The position numbers were made by a program, and so were the translations under genes. The notes below the pieces were generated by a model. The model ran no database searches and was not told the DNA's origin. It saw only the letters and a list, made by a program, of their open reading frames with translations. A DNA stretch of 64,000 nt from a virus (taxonomy: Duplodnaviria > Caudoviricetes), in IMG/VR virus record IMGVR_UViG_3300032218_002851, positions 25,858 to 89,857 of that record. One strand, written 5' to 3'. This document shows positions 35,547-44,578 of this stretch, in pieces (positions within the stretch are counted from its first letter, which is position 1; each line of letters starts with the position of its first letter).

Positions 35547-37765
35547 ACAAAGGCAAAGTAGTTGATGTCCAGTGTGACACTAACGGCGCCGCCACTGTTG
35601 TTGGCATATTCAATGCTGACTGTGTTTAGGGCACTGGCCCAGGCCGCTGTTATGCTGAACTGGCGATCAGGCGTTACAGTACCAGAGGATATGATGATCT
35701 TGTGACTGGTAGTCAATCCGGTTATGGTGTATGTCACTGTGGCTACGGAGTTTTTAGGAACGCTGCCAGTGGCTGCAGACAGTTTTCCTGCCAGGAATGT
35801 TCCTATCGCTGTTGTACCTGCTGTGGCCAACTGTGTGGCTTTACCAACAACATTACCATAATGTGCTGTGGCAATAACATTGCCTGCTGTGATATTACCG
35901 GTGGTATTGATTGTGGCAGTGGTTAGGTATGCGGCTGTGTTGGCATTGGCGCCTGTGGACAAACTGTTGATAGCTGTGTTGGCCGCTGTGATGTTAGCAC
36001 GGAGTGCAGAAATGTATGTGTCTGTTTCGATGCCCAGTAGTGTACCAGCAATGGTAGTAAATGTACCTTTGGTACCTGATACATTGCCTGTGGTAACATT
36101 GCCTGTGACTGCTAGACTGGTTAGCGTACCAACGCTTGTGATATTGGTCTGTGCGCTTGCTGTAACTGTGGCGGCTGTGACTGCTGATGTTGCCTGTCCA
36201 CTCAGTGCGGCTGTGATCACGTTGGCTGAGAAGTTGCCTGACGCATCACGACTCACAATAGCACCGGCTGTGTACGCACTGGTAGCATCTGTTGAAATAG
36301 TGATGGCACCAGTGGGCTGGTTAACTGATAGGTGTGTGCCAGCAGTTAGGCTGGTGAACAGGCCAAATGGTGGTACATAACTCCAAACAGAGCCGTTGTA
36401 TATAACAAAGCCGCCTTGTGCATAGGCCTGACTACCGGCGCCTAGGTTTTGTGTGCCAGCCACGCTGATAGAATATTCCCAACCTGCTGTGCCTGATCCA
36501 TTGGCCAACTCAGGAGTATTGGTGCTGGCATCCCAGGCACCTTTGTAGAGCACTCCTCCGATCAGGCTTGGTGGAATCTGTGCGGCTGTCAAGTAACCAT
36601 TGCTGTCCAGGGTGGCCACACCCAGGCTGTTGCCTTTTTGTGTGAGTGGAATACCTGCTGTGGTCTGTGTTGTGTCATCAGTGACAAATGTAATAGCGTT
36701 GGCAGAGATGCCAGTAGTAGTAATACTGGCCACTTGTTGACTCACATTACTGCCTATGGGTGTAGTCCAGAAGTTGATCTTTGAACCTTTGGCTGAGTCT
36801 GTGAAGTTTTCAACAGCCACTGATTCTATGCGTGTGCCGCCTGTACCCCATGTTGTTGCACCAAATCCATTTGAACTCAAACGACTTAGAATGTCATTTT
36901 GTTTTATTGCAGCAGGTGCAGCCACTGTGCCACGGGCCGCATAACTGCCCCATACTGCATAACTGTTGTTGCCGCCAATGCTGTCAGTAGCACCATAGGC
37001 TCTCTGAATTACACGACTGTTTTTGTTAGGACGACCTACGGTCTGCATCACAGTGTCGGGTAAGATGGTCACAGGATCTGCTCCACCTGACGCATTCATG
37101 CTGACCATGGGTTCAGTTGGACTATATGTGGTATTGTCAAACTGTGCTTTACGCTTGATATAGAAAAATCCTGTGTCGTCGATAGCGCCAATTGAGATGT
37201 CGAGATTGTTGGTAGCACTGGTCAAGGTGGTGTCAACAATCACCAGGTTGCCCACTGCCAGGTTCTGTGCGCCGTTTAGATACAGTGTACCGTTGTTAAC
37301 AGTAAACGCAACATCAGCTCCGGTGGTTTCATCCTGCATGTGTAGACTGGCACGGCCAATCCATATATCACCCCAGCGATGACTACTGTTACCAATGCTT
37401 AGATTGCCATTGGTATATGCTGGCACCAGGTTATTAACCAAGCTGCTTGGCAGGTAAGGAACTGTTTGCGGATCAGGATAATCGCTGCCGTCAAAATAGA
37501 TACCACCGTCGCCTAGATGAATATGATTCCAGCGCAGTGCACCAGTGCCAATGCCATAGATGTTGTCTGTCCCTGGAACCAGCGTGTCTGTAATAATGTT
37601 AACCGCTTCGATGCCAATTGGTTGTCCGCCGGGTGTAACGCCATCACTTAATCGTAATACACCGGTGGCTTCGTCGTAGAAAAGTCGACCCTTCTCACCT
37701 ATGTAGGTGTTACGGACGCCATTGATTCTAGTGCTCCAAACTTTTTGTAACTTAGCCACTGGCAA
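35543..37765 (-). CDS. tail fibre / virion adhesin-like protein
   Basis: N-terminal GEKGRLFYD...LRLSDGVTPGG module typical of phage fibres; T/A/G/N-rich beta repeats. Confidence 0.7.
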   Translation of the reverse strand: MPVAKLQKVWSTRINGVRNTYIGEKGRLFYDEATGVLRLSDGVTPGGQPIGIEAVNIITDTLVPGTDNIYGIGTGALRWNHIHLGDGGIYFDGSDYPDPQTVPYLPSSLVNNLVPAYTNGNLSIGNSSHRWGDIWIGRASLHMQDETTGADVAFTVNNGTLYLNGAQNLAVGNLVIVDTTLTSATNNLDISIGAIDDTGFFYIKRKAQFDNTTYSPTEPMVSMNASGGADPVTILPDTVMQTVGRPNKNSRVIQRAYGATDSIGGNNSYAVWGSYAARGTVAAPAAIKQNDILSRLSSNGFGATTWGTGGTRIESVAVENFTDSAKGSKINFWTTPIGSNVSQQVASITTTGISANAITFVTDDTTQTTAGIPLTQKGNSLGVATLDSNGYLTAAQIPPSLIGGVLYKGAWDASTNTPELANGSGTAGWEYSISVAGTQNLGAGSQAYAQGGFVIYNGSVWSYVPPFGLFTSLTAGTHLSVNQPTGAITISTDATSAYTAGAIVSRDASGNFSANVITAALSGQATSAVTAATVTASAQTNITSVGTLTSLAVTGNVTTGNVSGTKGTFTTIAGTLLGIETDTYISALRANITAANTAINSLSTGANANTAAYLTTATINTTGNITAGNVIATAHYGNVVGKATQLATAGTTAIGTFLAGKLSAATGSVPKNSVATVTYTITGLTTSHKIIISSGTVTPDRQFSITAAWASALNTVSIEYANNSGGAVSVTLDINYFAFV

Positions 37766-37768
37766 TCC

Positions 37769-38116
37769 TTAAACGATGTCGTTTTCTTCGCCGCCGATAT
37801 CCTGTATGATTACAGGAAGTCCGGCGTTTTGTTTGATAATATCTAATTCGTCGGGTTCGCACTCACAAGGATCGCAGCCGCAGTGTTCGCAGGATGCGTG
37901 TTCGTTATCATAGTAACTGTCAACCCCAGCAGCCTTCTTTAACAATTCGTGCTTTTGTTGTAGCGGAGCAATCATCACTGTGGTATCAGTGTGATCTTCG
38001 TGATCTGCTGACATAGGTGTTAGTTTTGCTTGATTTGGACTAGCGTGTGATTGTCTGCCCATTTCTGCTTTGGCTACTATATCCGACAAGTTTCTTAGAA
38101 TTTCTGAGGCTTTCAT
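37769..38116 (-). CDS. hypothetical protein with CxxCxCxxCxC cluster
   Basis: MKASEIL N-terminal motif; CEHCGCDPCEC; AGGA RBS. Confidence 0.7.
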   Translation of the reverse strand: MKASEILRNLSDIVAKAEMGRQSHASPNQAKLTPMSADHEDHTDTTVMIAPLQQKHELLKKAAGVDSYYDNEHASCEHCGCDPCECEPDELDIIKQNAGLPVIIQDIGGEENDIV

Positions 38117-38142
38117 ATTTTATCCTGTTTGTATATTTATTA

Positions 38143-38562
38143 CTATGGCAGTTTCCATGGGCGACCAACAACCAGTTTTACACCAGGATTGTCTACTATG
38201 GTATCTCCAGAATATTTTGTAGGTAGATCGTTGATGGTTAAAGTATGCCTTTTTCCGGACTCTGCGCGATCCAGTCCAGCTAGTGCTAATTTGGCTTCTT
38301 GACGTAGTTGACGAGTAGCAAGTCTAGCAATCTTGTTGTGTATCCTTAGCTTTGAACCTTCCACTATACCATAGGAGCCAATTGTTTGTGCTGTGTCCAA
38401 CACATGACCATTGAACACTAGGTCAAACCAAGTTGCCGAATATGAAAAATTGGTTTCCATAGCAGTTTTTAAATCGCCAATTGTACCTGCGGTGTCCACT
38501 GTTTGTAGATCATAAACTGCTGTGTTTAGTAGGCTTTGAACTGTGATGTTTATTGTGGCCAT
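38143..38562 (-). CDS. ubiquitin-like (beta-grasp) domain protein
   Basis: TIGDLK...LVFNGHVLDTAQTIGSYGIVEGSKLRI aligns by eye with ubiquitin TIENVK...[27 protein letters not shown]; no terminal GG. Confidence 0.6.
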   Translation of the reverse strand: MATINITVQSLLNTAVYDLQTVDTAGTIGDLKTAMETNFSYSATWFDLVFNGHVLDTAQTIGSYGIVEGSKLRIHNKIARLATRQLRQEAKLALAGLDRAESGKRHTLTINDLPTKYSGDTIVDNPGVKLVVGRPWKLP

Positions 38563-38669
38563 TATCGCATTCCTGCTTGGAACCTTGGATACATGCTCAG
38601 AGCAGTAAATTCATTTTCTGCACTGTCAATCAAATTCAATACACCGTGTATAATATCAGACACTTTCAT
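38562..38669 (-). CDS. 35-aa hypothetical peptide
   Basis: MKVSDIIHGVLNLIDSAENEFTALSMYPRFQAGMR; late motif at 38687; TAATG coupling to the Ubl gene. Confidence 0.5.
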   Translation of the reverse strand: MKVSDIIHGVLNLIDSAENEFTALSMYPRFQAGMR

Positions 38670-38716
38670 TGCTAATCTCTTTTAGGTATTTATCAGATTT
38701 CCTGGATTCAAGACAA

Positions 38717-38741
38717 AGAAAAACCCGCATTGCGCGGGTTT
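38717..38741 (-). terminator. intrinsic terminator
   Basis: AAACCCGC / GCGGGTTT stem with T tract on the minus strand. Confidence 0.75.
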
Positions 38742-38766
38742 GAATTACAGCAAATAAAGAGTTTGT

Positions 38767-39105
38767 CTATACGATCAATCGTTGTTCCGTTTCTCTACCG
38801 TCGAATATACAAGTTCCTCTTTCACGAATCATGTTGACTATCTGTTGTGGCATGGATTCAAAAGATTCTTGAACGTCTTCCAGTGTGACACTTTCATCAG
38901 TCTGAATCGTGTAAATCTCATAATTACGCTGATTGTTTATTCGCGCCCGCATCAACATGGAGTTGAGAGTGCGAGACATAGAATTTGCCAGTAAGCTAGG
39001 CTCGCCTTTCAACCTGCACCAAACTTGGTCTTGTTCGACGTCATGTAGGTTGGTGATATATTCTAATCCATAACAATCCCACATCACCAGAAACAAGTTG
39101 TTCAT
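38767..39105 (-). CDS. hypothetical protein
   Basis: ORF track; LVMWDCYGLE motif; TAATG coupling. Confidence 0.7.
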   Translation of the reverse strand: MNNLFLVMWDCYGLEYITNLHDVEQDQVWCRLKGEPSLLANSMSRTLNSMLMRARINNQRNYEIYTIQTDESVTLEDVQESFESMPQQIVNMIRERGTCIFDGRETEQRLIV

Positions 39106-39593
39106 TAAGTATAAGCTTCTTCAGTGTTCTCGATGCGAGCAAGTTCCTGATTGATTTCATCAAGACGCGCACGAGCAGCAGGATTATATTGAATCGTTTC
39201 TTGCAAAATCATACGTTCTTCCAGAAGATTGCCGATGTCACGAACTGATGCATGTTCCGACTCAACCTTCTGAATGCGAGCCTTGGCTTCAGCCACTTCA
39301 AGGAGTTGTCCGGCATAGATTTCAATCTTGCTTTGACCGTTTTTCATCGGTGCCCGCCAGTAAGCTATTTGCTTTGCAGAAAGATATCCGTTACGTTCAT
39401 AGAACTTAGCCATGCTAGTTCCCATGCGAGCATGACACGGACGGAAACCTCTGCCGTTGCTGTGGCGTGTGCCTTCGGTCATCTGTTCGTCAGCAGTTTG
39501 TCGCTGATTAAGCGCAATTAATGCGCGGGCAATAGCTTTGTCGTTGGTGCGAAGAAGTTCCACAATCTGAGTTTTGGTAACCATTTTCATCAC
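39105..39593 (-). CDS. phage early hypothetical protein
   Basis: ORF track; GGAG RBS; downstream of an early promoter. Confidence 0.75.
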   Translation of the reverse strand: MMKMVTKTQIVELLRTNDKAIARALIALNQRQTADEQMTEGTRHSNGRGFRPCHARMGTSMAKFYERNGYLSAKQIAYWRAPMKNGQSKIEIYAGQLLEVAEAKARIQKVESEHASVRDIGNLLEERMILQETIQYNPAARARLDEINQELARIENTEEAYT

Positions 39594-39615
39594 TCCGTTC
39601 GTTCAGTATGTGAAT

Positions 39616-39684
39616 ATATTACACAATTTTACGAAAGTTGTCAACCTTTTTCATGAAATTTTTGTTTCTCGTAAGTTACTGATT
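39616..39684 (-). promoter_or_regulatory. sigma70-type early promoter (39616-39644) with IHF-consensus site (39672-39684)
   Basis: TTGACA-17-TAATAT; AATCAGTAACTTA matches WATCARNNNNTTR. Confidence 0.7.
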
Positions 39685-39691
39685 TTATTGA

Positions 39692-39901
39692 TTAACTTTT
39701 AGGTACGCAGATATATTCTTGCTGATATTTCAGCGTAGTCCTGATAGCTTCTTGTACTGCAGGGCTAGACAATGATTCTGGCGCTAGCATTATAGTATAT
39801 CGGCTTTGAATTGCCTCTTGACAAGACTTCAGTGAATCAAATTCGCCCATGTAACCTGCATGTACAGTACTGTTTATAAGCGCCCAAAGTATGTATTTCA
39901 T
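39692..39901 (-). CDS. small hypothetical protein
   Basis: ORF track; TTGACA promoter near 39931. Confidence 0.6.
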   Translation of the reverse strand: MKYILWALINSTVHAGYMGEFDSLKSCQEAIQSRYTIMLAPESLSSPAVQEAIRTTLKYQQEYICVPKS

Positions 39902-39945
39902 ATTACTATCCTAGCACATAGCCTGCTAAGTGTCAAGTAGGCAGG

Positions 39946-40629
39946 CTACAGCTTCCCACGATAGAACACATTATGACCAGGAGAATTGATCTTGGTCATT
40001 TTCTTAGACCAGTTAGATCGAATTTTCTTATGATGAAAATACATGACATTAGCGTATTTGATTTTGTAAACATCATATCGATCGTCTCCAGCCAATAATT
40101 CATGCGCGATACGTACACTATCACTCCATTGCTTGCCTTTATAGTTTGGTGAATGCATTTTCATACAATTCCAACTGAACTGACATGTACCCTGAACTCG
40201 TTGACGTACTACCGCACATACAGTTTTAGGAAATTTCCAATCTGCCATTCTATTCAATGTGACTAGACCTACTGCAATTTTTCCCTCAGTAGGTTCATGC
40301 CCAGCTTCATAATAAATGTTGTGTGCCAAACAATCTATTTCTCGTTTATCTGGTTTCTCATTCTCGATAGGATCGTTATATCCTTGAGGCCTGGGCCAAA
40401 TATCTGTTTTGTTTAGCGTGTTAGATAATACAAATTGTTCATTGTAAAAATTGTTAATTATCCTTGATAATTGCTCATCTTCGGAAACCTTTCTTAATAT
40501 CTTCGATTCTTTCCAATCTAAAAAAGAAATCGTTGAGTTGTCTGTCTCAGCGTGACCGAGTTGTGTTGCCACTGTTACGGTCAGGGCGACTGTGACAATG
40601 ATTTGATGTAGTCTCTTCATTGTTCGCAT
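39946..40629 (-). CDS. cell wall hydrolase, SleB/Hydrolase_2 family
   Basis: CLAHNIYYEAGHE..GKIAVGLVTLNR, FPKTVCAVV.Q, CQFSW, HNVFY; GGAGG RBS before ATG 40629. Confidence 0.88.
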   Translation of the reverse strand: MRTMKRLHQIIVTVALTVTVATQLGHAETDNSTISFLDWKESKILRKVSEDEQLSRIINNFYNEQFVLSNTLNKTDIWPRPQGYNDPIENEKPDKREIDCLAHNIYYEAGHEPTEGKIAVGLVTLNRMADWKFPKTVCAVVRQRVQGTCQFSWNCMKMHSPNYKGKQWSDSVRIAHELLAGDDRYDVYKIKYANVMYFHHKKIRSNWSKKMTKINSPGHNVFYRGKL

Positions 40630-40791
40630 GGTTCGTCCTCCTATTGCGATCGTGGACAATATGTCCACTACGGACTTTTTACGGTCCGTCTAGTATATAC
40701 CAACAGAAATCAATAGATAACGGCTGTTATAACTTATTATATAGTGTTATTATGACAAAATATCAGAAAAAATAAAGATAAACGGCGTTGT

Positions 40792-42546
40792 TTATGCAAG
40801 TGGATTGCCTGATGCCATTCGATTTAATGATCCTAGCTTAGCCTGAGCCCTTGCTAATAAGTCAGCGTTTTCAGGACTTCCATCTCGTGCAGCAGCCGTT
40901 GCCTGAGCTACAGCAGTCTGTGCGCTGTCTAATGATGCTTTTGCTGTAGCTTGATTAGTAGAACTTTGATCTGCAACTGAACTAGTTATCTTGCCGACAA
41001 AGGTTGATCTATTAAGATTTCGTCCCTCTAGCATCGCACTGTTCAGTGCATCACCATAAAGATTATCTGCTGCTACTGAACCCAGTACATCATTATAACC
41101 TACACCCATTTTATCTACACCAAAAGTATGCAGTTTACTAGCAAAGTTCATCACTGGCATTACAGATGCGGTTGGAGTTGGTAAGGATGATAAATCTTTA
41201 CCGGCTAGTAACATATTGCTAGATTCTTTGACGAGATGATCAGCACTGTCTGTAATAGAACTGTTGGCTTTGTTTACCATAGATTGCATAGATGTAGAAG
41301 ATTCAGTATAGCTGTTAAAGCTACTAACTGAAGAATTAAGGGCACTTTGAGCTGCAGCTATTTCACCGCTATCGCCGCCCTGTACTGCTGCTTTCATATT
41401 TGCTAACTTTTGATTTAAATCTGAACCAGAAGAAGTGCCTACCACACTACCTAGTGTATCATGTATGTTCTTAAATGATGCTGTATGTGCACCTGATACA
41501 GATCCCATCATATCATTCAAAGTTGGGTTACCAAACATTCCGTTACCGGTGCCGAGCAAAGGTTTTAATGATGATGCGACACTGCTCGGTAAAGGTGTAC
41601 TAAGAGCATCTAAGTGTGGAAAATCTTTAAACTCTGAACTAGACATTAATCCTTTGAGCTTAGCAGAATCCATCGGAGATCCTAGATTATTCAATGTGTT
41701 ACCTAATCCAGCAATTGAGCCTGTTGTGCCGGCTTTTATACCCAAACTACTTACTACAGTTGGATGTAACATTTTGCCAGCATCAGTCATATCTGCTAGA
41801 CTAGTTAAAGATCCATAAGGCTTAGCACCAGTCATATTCAATACATGTTTCAGATCATTGCCTTGTACATTGGATAAAACACCGTGTAGGACAGAATCTG
41901 GTACATGCGATAGATTATTAATATCATAACCGGCACCTGCTAGCGCATCATTAATACCAACTTTGTTGCTAAGACCTTGCTTATTAAGAGTCTCGATAAG
42001 ATTTTTAGCTCCAAAATTTGCTGGACTTTTGAAATCATATGCTGATCCAAAATTGCTTAAATTACTTCCTAGCATTTTAGTAGCTACACCAAGAGACGCC
42101 GCAGTTTTAAGTTTAGGAAATGCATTACTCACATTGTTGCTTAGAATGCTTTTATAGCTGTTAGCTCCTACTCCTAGATCTGCAAAAGATTTACCACTAT
42201 ATTGTGCTATAGCTGCGCTATATTCCGCACTCATGCTTCCTAAGCTGCTTGCACTGCCGAACACACTGATAAATGATTGAGTGCCTGCTGCACCTTGAGG
42301 TAAAATAGCCTGGGCTCTAGCTGTGGCGTTGTCTATAGTGCTCTGTGAATCGGTCATAAACGACGGCAAAGATGCAACCGAACTGCCGTAACCATTGGCT
42401 TTAAGATATTCAATATTACTAACTATCGGATGACTCGATACCTTATTAAACACGCCGGTCATCACTGAGTTTATACTCAGAGCTTGTCCACTTATTAAAC
42501 CTTTGGTAGCTATTAATACTGCTGGTGTTATTGCCATATCAACCAC
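40792..42546 (-). CDS. large Gly/Ser/Ala-rich virion (baseplate/tail) protein
   Basis: 584-aa ORF coupled to the PAAR gene; low-complexity helical composition. Confidence 0.6.
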   Translation of the reverse strand: MVDMAITPAVLIATKGLISGQALSINSVMTGVFNKVSSHPIVSNIEYLKANGYGSSVASLPSFMTDSQSTIDNATARAQAILPQGAAGTQSFISVFGSASSLGSMSAEYSAAIAQYSGKSFADLGVGANSYKSILSNNVSNAFPKLKTAASLGVATKMLGSNLSNFGSAYDFKSPANFGAKNLIETLNKQGLSNKVGINDALAGAGYDINNLSHVPDSVLHGVLSNVQGNDLKHVLNMTGAKPYGSLTSLADMTDAGKMLHPTVVSSLGIKAGTTGSIAGLGNTLNNLGSPMDSAKLKGLMSSSEFKDFPHLDALSTPLPSSVASSLKPLLGTGNGMFGNPTLNDMMGSVSGAHTASFKNIHDTLGSVVGTSSGSDLNQKLANMKAAVQGGDSGEIAAAQSALNSSVSSFNSYTESSTSMQSMVNKANSSITDSADHLVKESSNMLLAGKDLSSLPTPTASVMPVMNFASKLHTFGVDKMGVGYNDVLGSVAADNLYGDALNSAMLEGRNLNRSTFVGKITSSVADQSSTNQATAKASLDSAQTAVAQATAAARDGSPENADLLARAQAKLGSLNRMASGNPLA

Positions 42547-42808
42547 CTATATCCACATTATCACTGCCTTCGACAAGTGAATGACCACATTCATATTGAT
42601 CACCTTTTCGTGCTGCAGATTTTCCTTCGATGAATACTGTGCTGCTGCCCTGGTTTATTGATGAAGGATCATGATCGTCGTCGTGAGCTTGATTAGTACT
42701 GCCCACTATCGCGGCTGCAATACCGTTTATAAACACTGTTGAGGCTACATCACTGCTAACCGTGCTTCCGCCATTATCTGCATCTCCTTGTCGTGCTGCT
42801 GCTGGCAT
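42539..42808 (-). CDS. PAAR-repeat spike tip protein (gp5.4-like)
   Basis: PAAARQGD, VFINGIAAA, VFIEGKSAARKGD, CGH, GSDNVDIG. Confidence 0.88.
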   Translation of the reverse strand: MPAAARQGDADNGGSTVSSDVASTVFINGIAAAIVGSTNQAHDDDHDPSSINQGSSTVFIEGKSAARKGDQYECGHSLVEGSDNVDIGG

Positions 42809-43116
42809 TATTTGATAATGCCACTTACAGGCTTGATTCCTGTTGTAGTCTGAATGTAATGGCTCTGCATTTTATCGATTACTGGCGCAAGCATCATCAC
42901 ATGATTTTTACTTAGTTCTACTTCGACATCACTATCAGCAGCAAACATCGATTGAATTAATCCTAATCCTTGGGCACTGGGCATTACTGTGCATGGTCGA
43001 TGCAACAGATAAAAGATATCAGTAATAGTAACAACTTTTGCCACTACTTCATCTCCATTTACCAATTTAAACGTTGCAATATCACCTTCACTGACCTTAG
43101 ATTTTGATATTAACAT
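42808..43116 (-). CDS. conserved T4-like hypothetical protein (Sm-like fold suspected)
   Basis: TFKLVNGDEVVAKV...YIQTTTGI. Confidence 0.7.
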   Translation of the reverse strand: MLISKSKVSEGDIATFKLVNGDEVVAKVVTITDIFYLLHRPCTVMPSAQGLGLIQSMFAADSDVEVELSKNHVMMLAPVIDKMQSHYIQTTTGIKPVSGIIK

Positions 43117-43118
43117 GA

Positions 43119-43364
43119 TTATCCTTTAAGTGTTTCAAAAAATGCAGTATTTTGTTTGGCTAGACCCTGATAACCACCCTCTACCAATAACTTTCCATTT
43201 TGGTAAATTTGCGGCACAGTGCGATGACCTTCAGCAATTAAAAATTCTCGTGCACTTGGAACTTGTTCTATATTTACCTCGTCAAATGTGATGCCTCGCA
43301 TATTCAGCATAGCCTTGGCTTGCACACAATATGGGCAATTGTTCTTGGTGTACATAATAATCAT
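43119..43364 (-). CDS. glutaredoxin (NrdC/NrdH-like)
   Basis: CPYC active site, RTVPQIY; next to nrdB. Confidence 0.92.
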   Translation of the reverse strand: MIIMYTKNNCPYCVQAKAMLNMRGITFDEVNIEQVPSAREFLIAEGHRTVPQIYQNGKLLVEGGYQGLAKQNTAFFETLKG

Positions 43365-43477
43365 TATTATTTTCCTCGTATTTGATTTTTGTTTGATACG
43401 ATCATAGCATGCCAGGAATCAGTTCTCTAAGCCCTCTGGTGCTTCTGTTATCCATGTGGTATTGAAATCTTGCCTAC

Positions 43478-44578
43478 TCATAAATCTGGCAACTCCGTGA
43501 AGTCTACTTCATTGCTCATCACACCAATCACATAGTTGGTGCTTTCTGATTCTTGCAATGCTGTTTGTTTCTTGCTGATGTTGCTGTGCTTGTTGAACCA
43601 CGGAATTGGATTCAGCTTTGGGTGATCTTCCAAATACTTGATGCGAATGTCCTTGAGTTTGGTAAATGCTGTGTAGTCCACAAAGTCTCGCAGGATTGCT
43701 GCGTTCAGACCAATCACCACACCCTTTTGAAACAGATAATCTGCCCAAGATTTTTCTTCTTGGATCACTTCAATGTACATGGCATAAACTTCATCTGCAC
43801 ATTCTGTTTCCAGCTGCAAAAAATCAGGATCATCTTTGGTGACGTTGTTGATCAACCAGGCGGTCCACTCAGAATGCAACATTTCATCTTGTAGAATCAA
43901 GCTGATGATATTACCGTTACCGATGAAGATCTTGTTTTCAACCATAGCCAGGCTAGTAGCAAAACTCACCATAAAACGCAGTGCTTCCAATGCATAACTG
44001 GCATGTAATGCTAGCCAAATAGCTCTCTTGTGGTCATAAATCGGAACATCTTCACCTAGTTCTTTACGACAGTTCAGTTGATGCAATTGTTCGTAGTATC
44101 TGCCAATATTGGCAGCCATTTTTACAATTTCATCAGTGTTGTGAATTGTGTTGAACTCTTCTTTGGGCACGCTGTAGATATTGCGAATGATATGGCTATA
44201 ACTCTTGCTGTGAATGTTGGTTTCAAACATTGTCCAAATCAACGTCAAAGCTTCCAATTCTGGCAAACTACATACTGGACTAAAAATCTGATAGGGCGCA
44301 CGGCCTTGGATACTATCCAATGCAGTTTGTCGCAACAGATTGCTGGTAAAAATGTGCTTTACTGCTTCGCTGGCTTCTTTGTGGTCAATCTTGTCTTTGG
44401 TCAGACTGATTTCTTCTGGTACCCAGAAAAAGCCACGCTGCAGTTCTTCAAACTTCTGCAGCTTGTTGTATTTGACCTCTTCAAACCTCTGGACCGTTAC
44501 CGGGCCTGCAGGATCCAGAAACATCTTGCGCTTTAGGTAATCCGTTGGTTTTGAAATATCGTATTGTGCTTTAGACAT
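43478..44578 (-). CDS. nrdB: ribonucleotide reductase class Ia beta subunit
   Basis: FFWVPEEI, LDSIQGR, ETNIHSKSY, ALEALRFMVSF, QDEMLH, ESESTNY. Confidence 0.95.
   Translation of the reverse strand: MSKAQYDISKPTDYLKRKMFLDPAGPVTVQRFEEVKYNKLQKFEELQRGFFWVPEEISLTKDKIDHKEASEAVKHIFTSNLLRQTALDSIQGRAPYQIFSPVCSLPELEALTLIWTMFETNIHSKSYSHIIRNIYSVPKEEFNTIHNTDEIVKMAANIGRYYEQLHQLNCRKELGEDVPIYDHKRAIWLALHASYALEALRFMVSFATSLAMVENKIFIGNGNIISLILQDEMLHSEWTAWLINNVTKDDPDFLQLETECADEVYAMYIEVIQEEKSWADYLFQKGVVIGLNAAILRDFVDYTAFTKLKDIRIKYLEDHPKLNPIPWFNKHSNISKKQTALQESESTNYVIGVMSNEVDFTELPDL

Noticed and set aside
42539-42808. PAAR as evidence of a type VI secretion system
   Set aside because: No tss genes, and the context is a myophage baseplate
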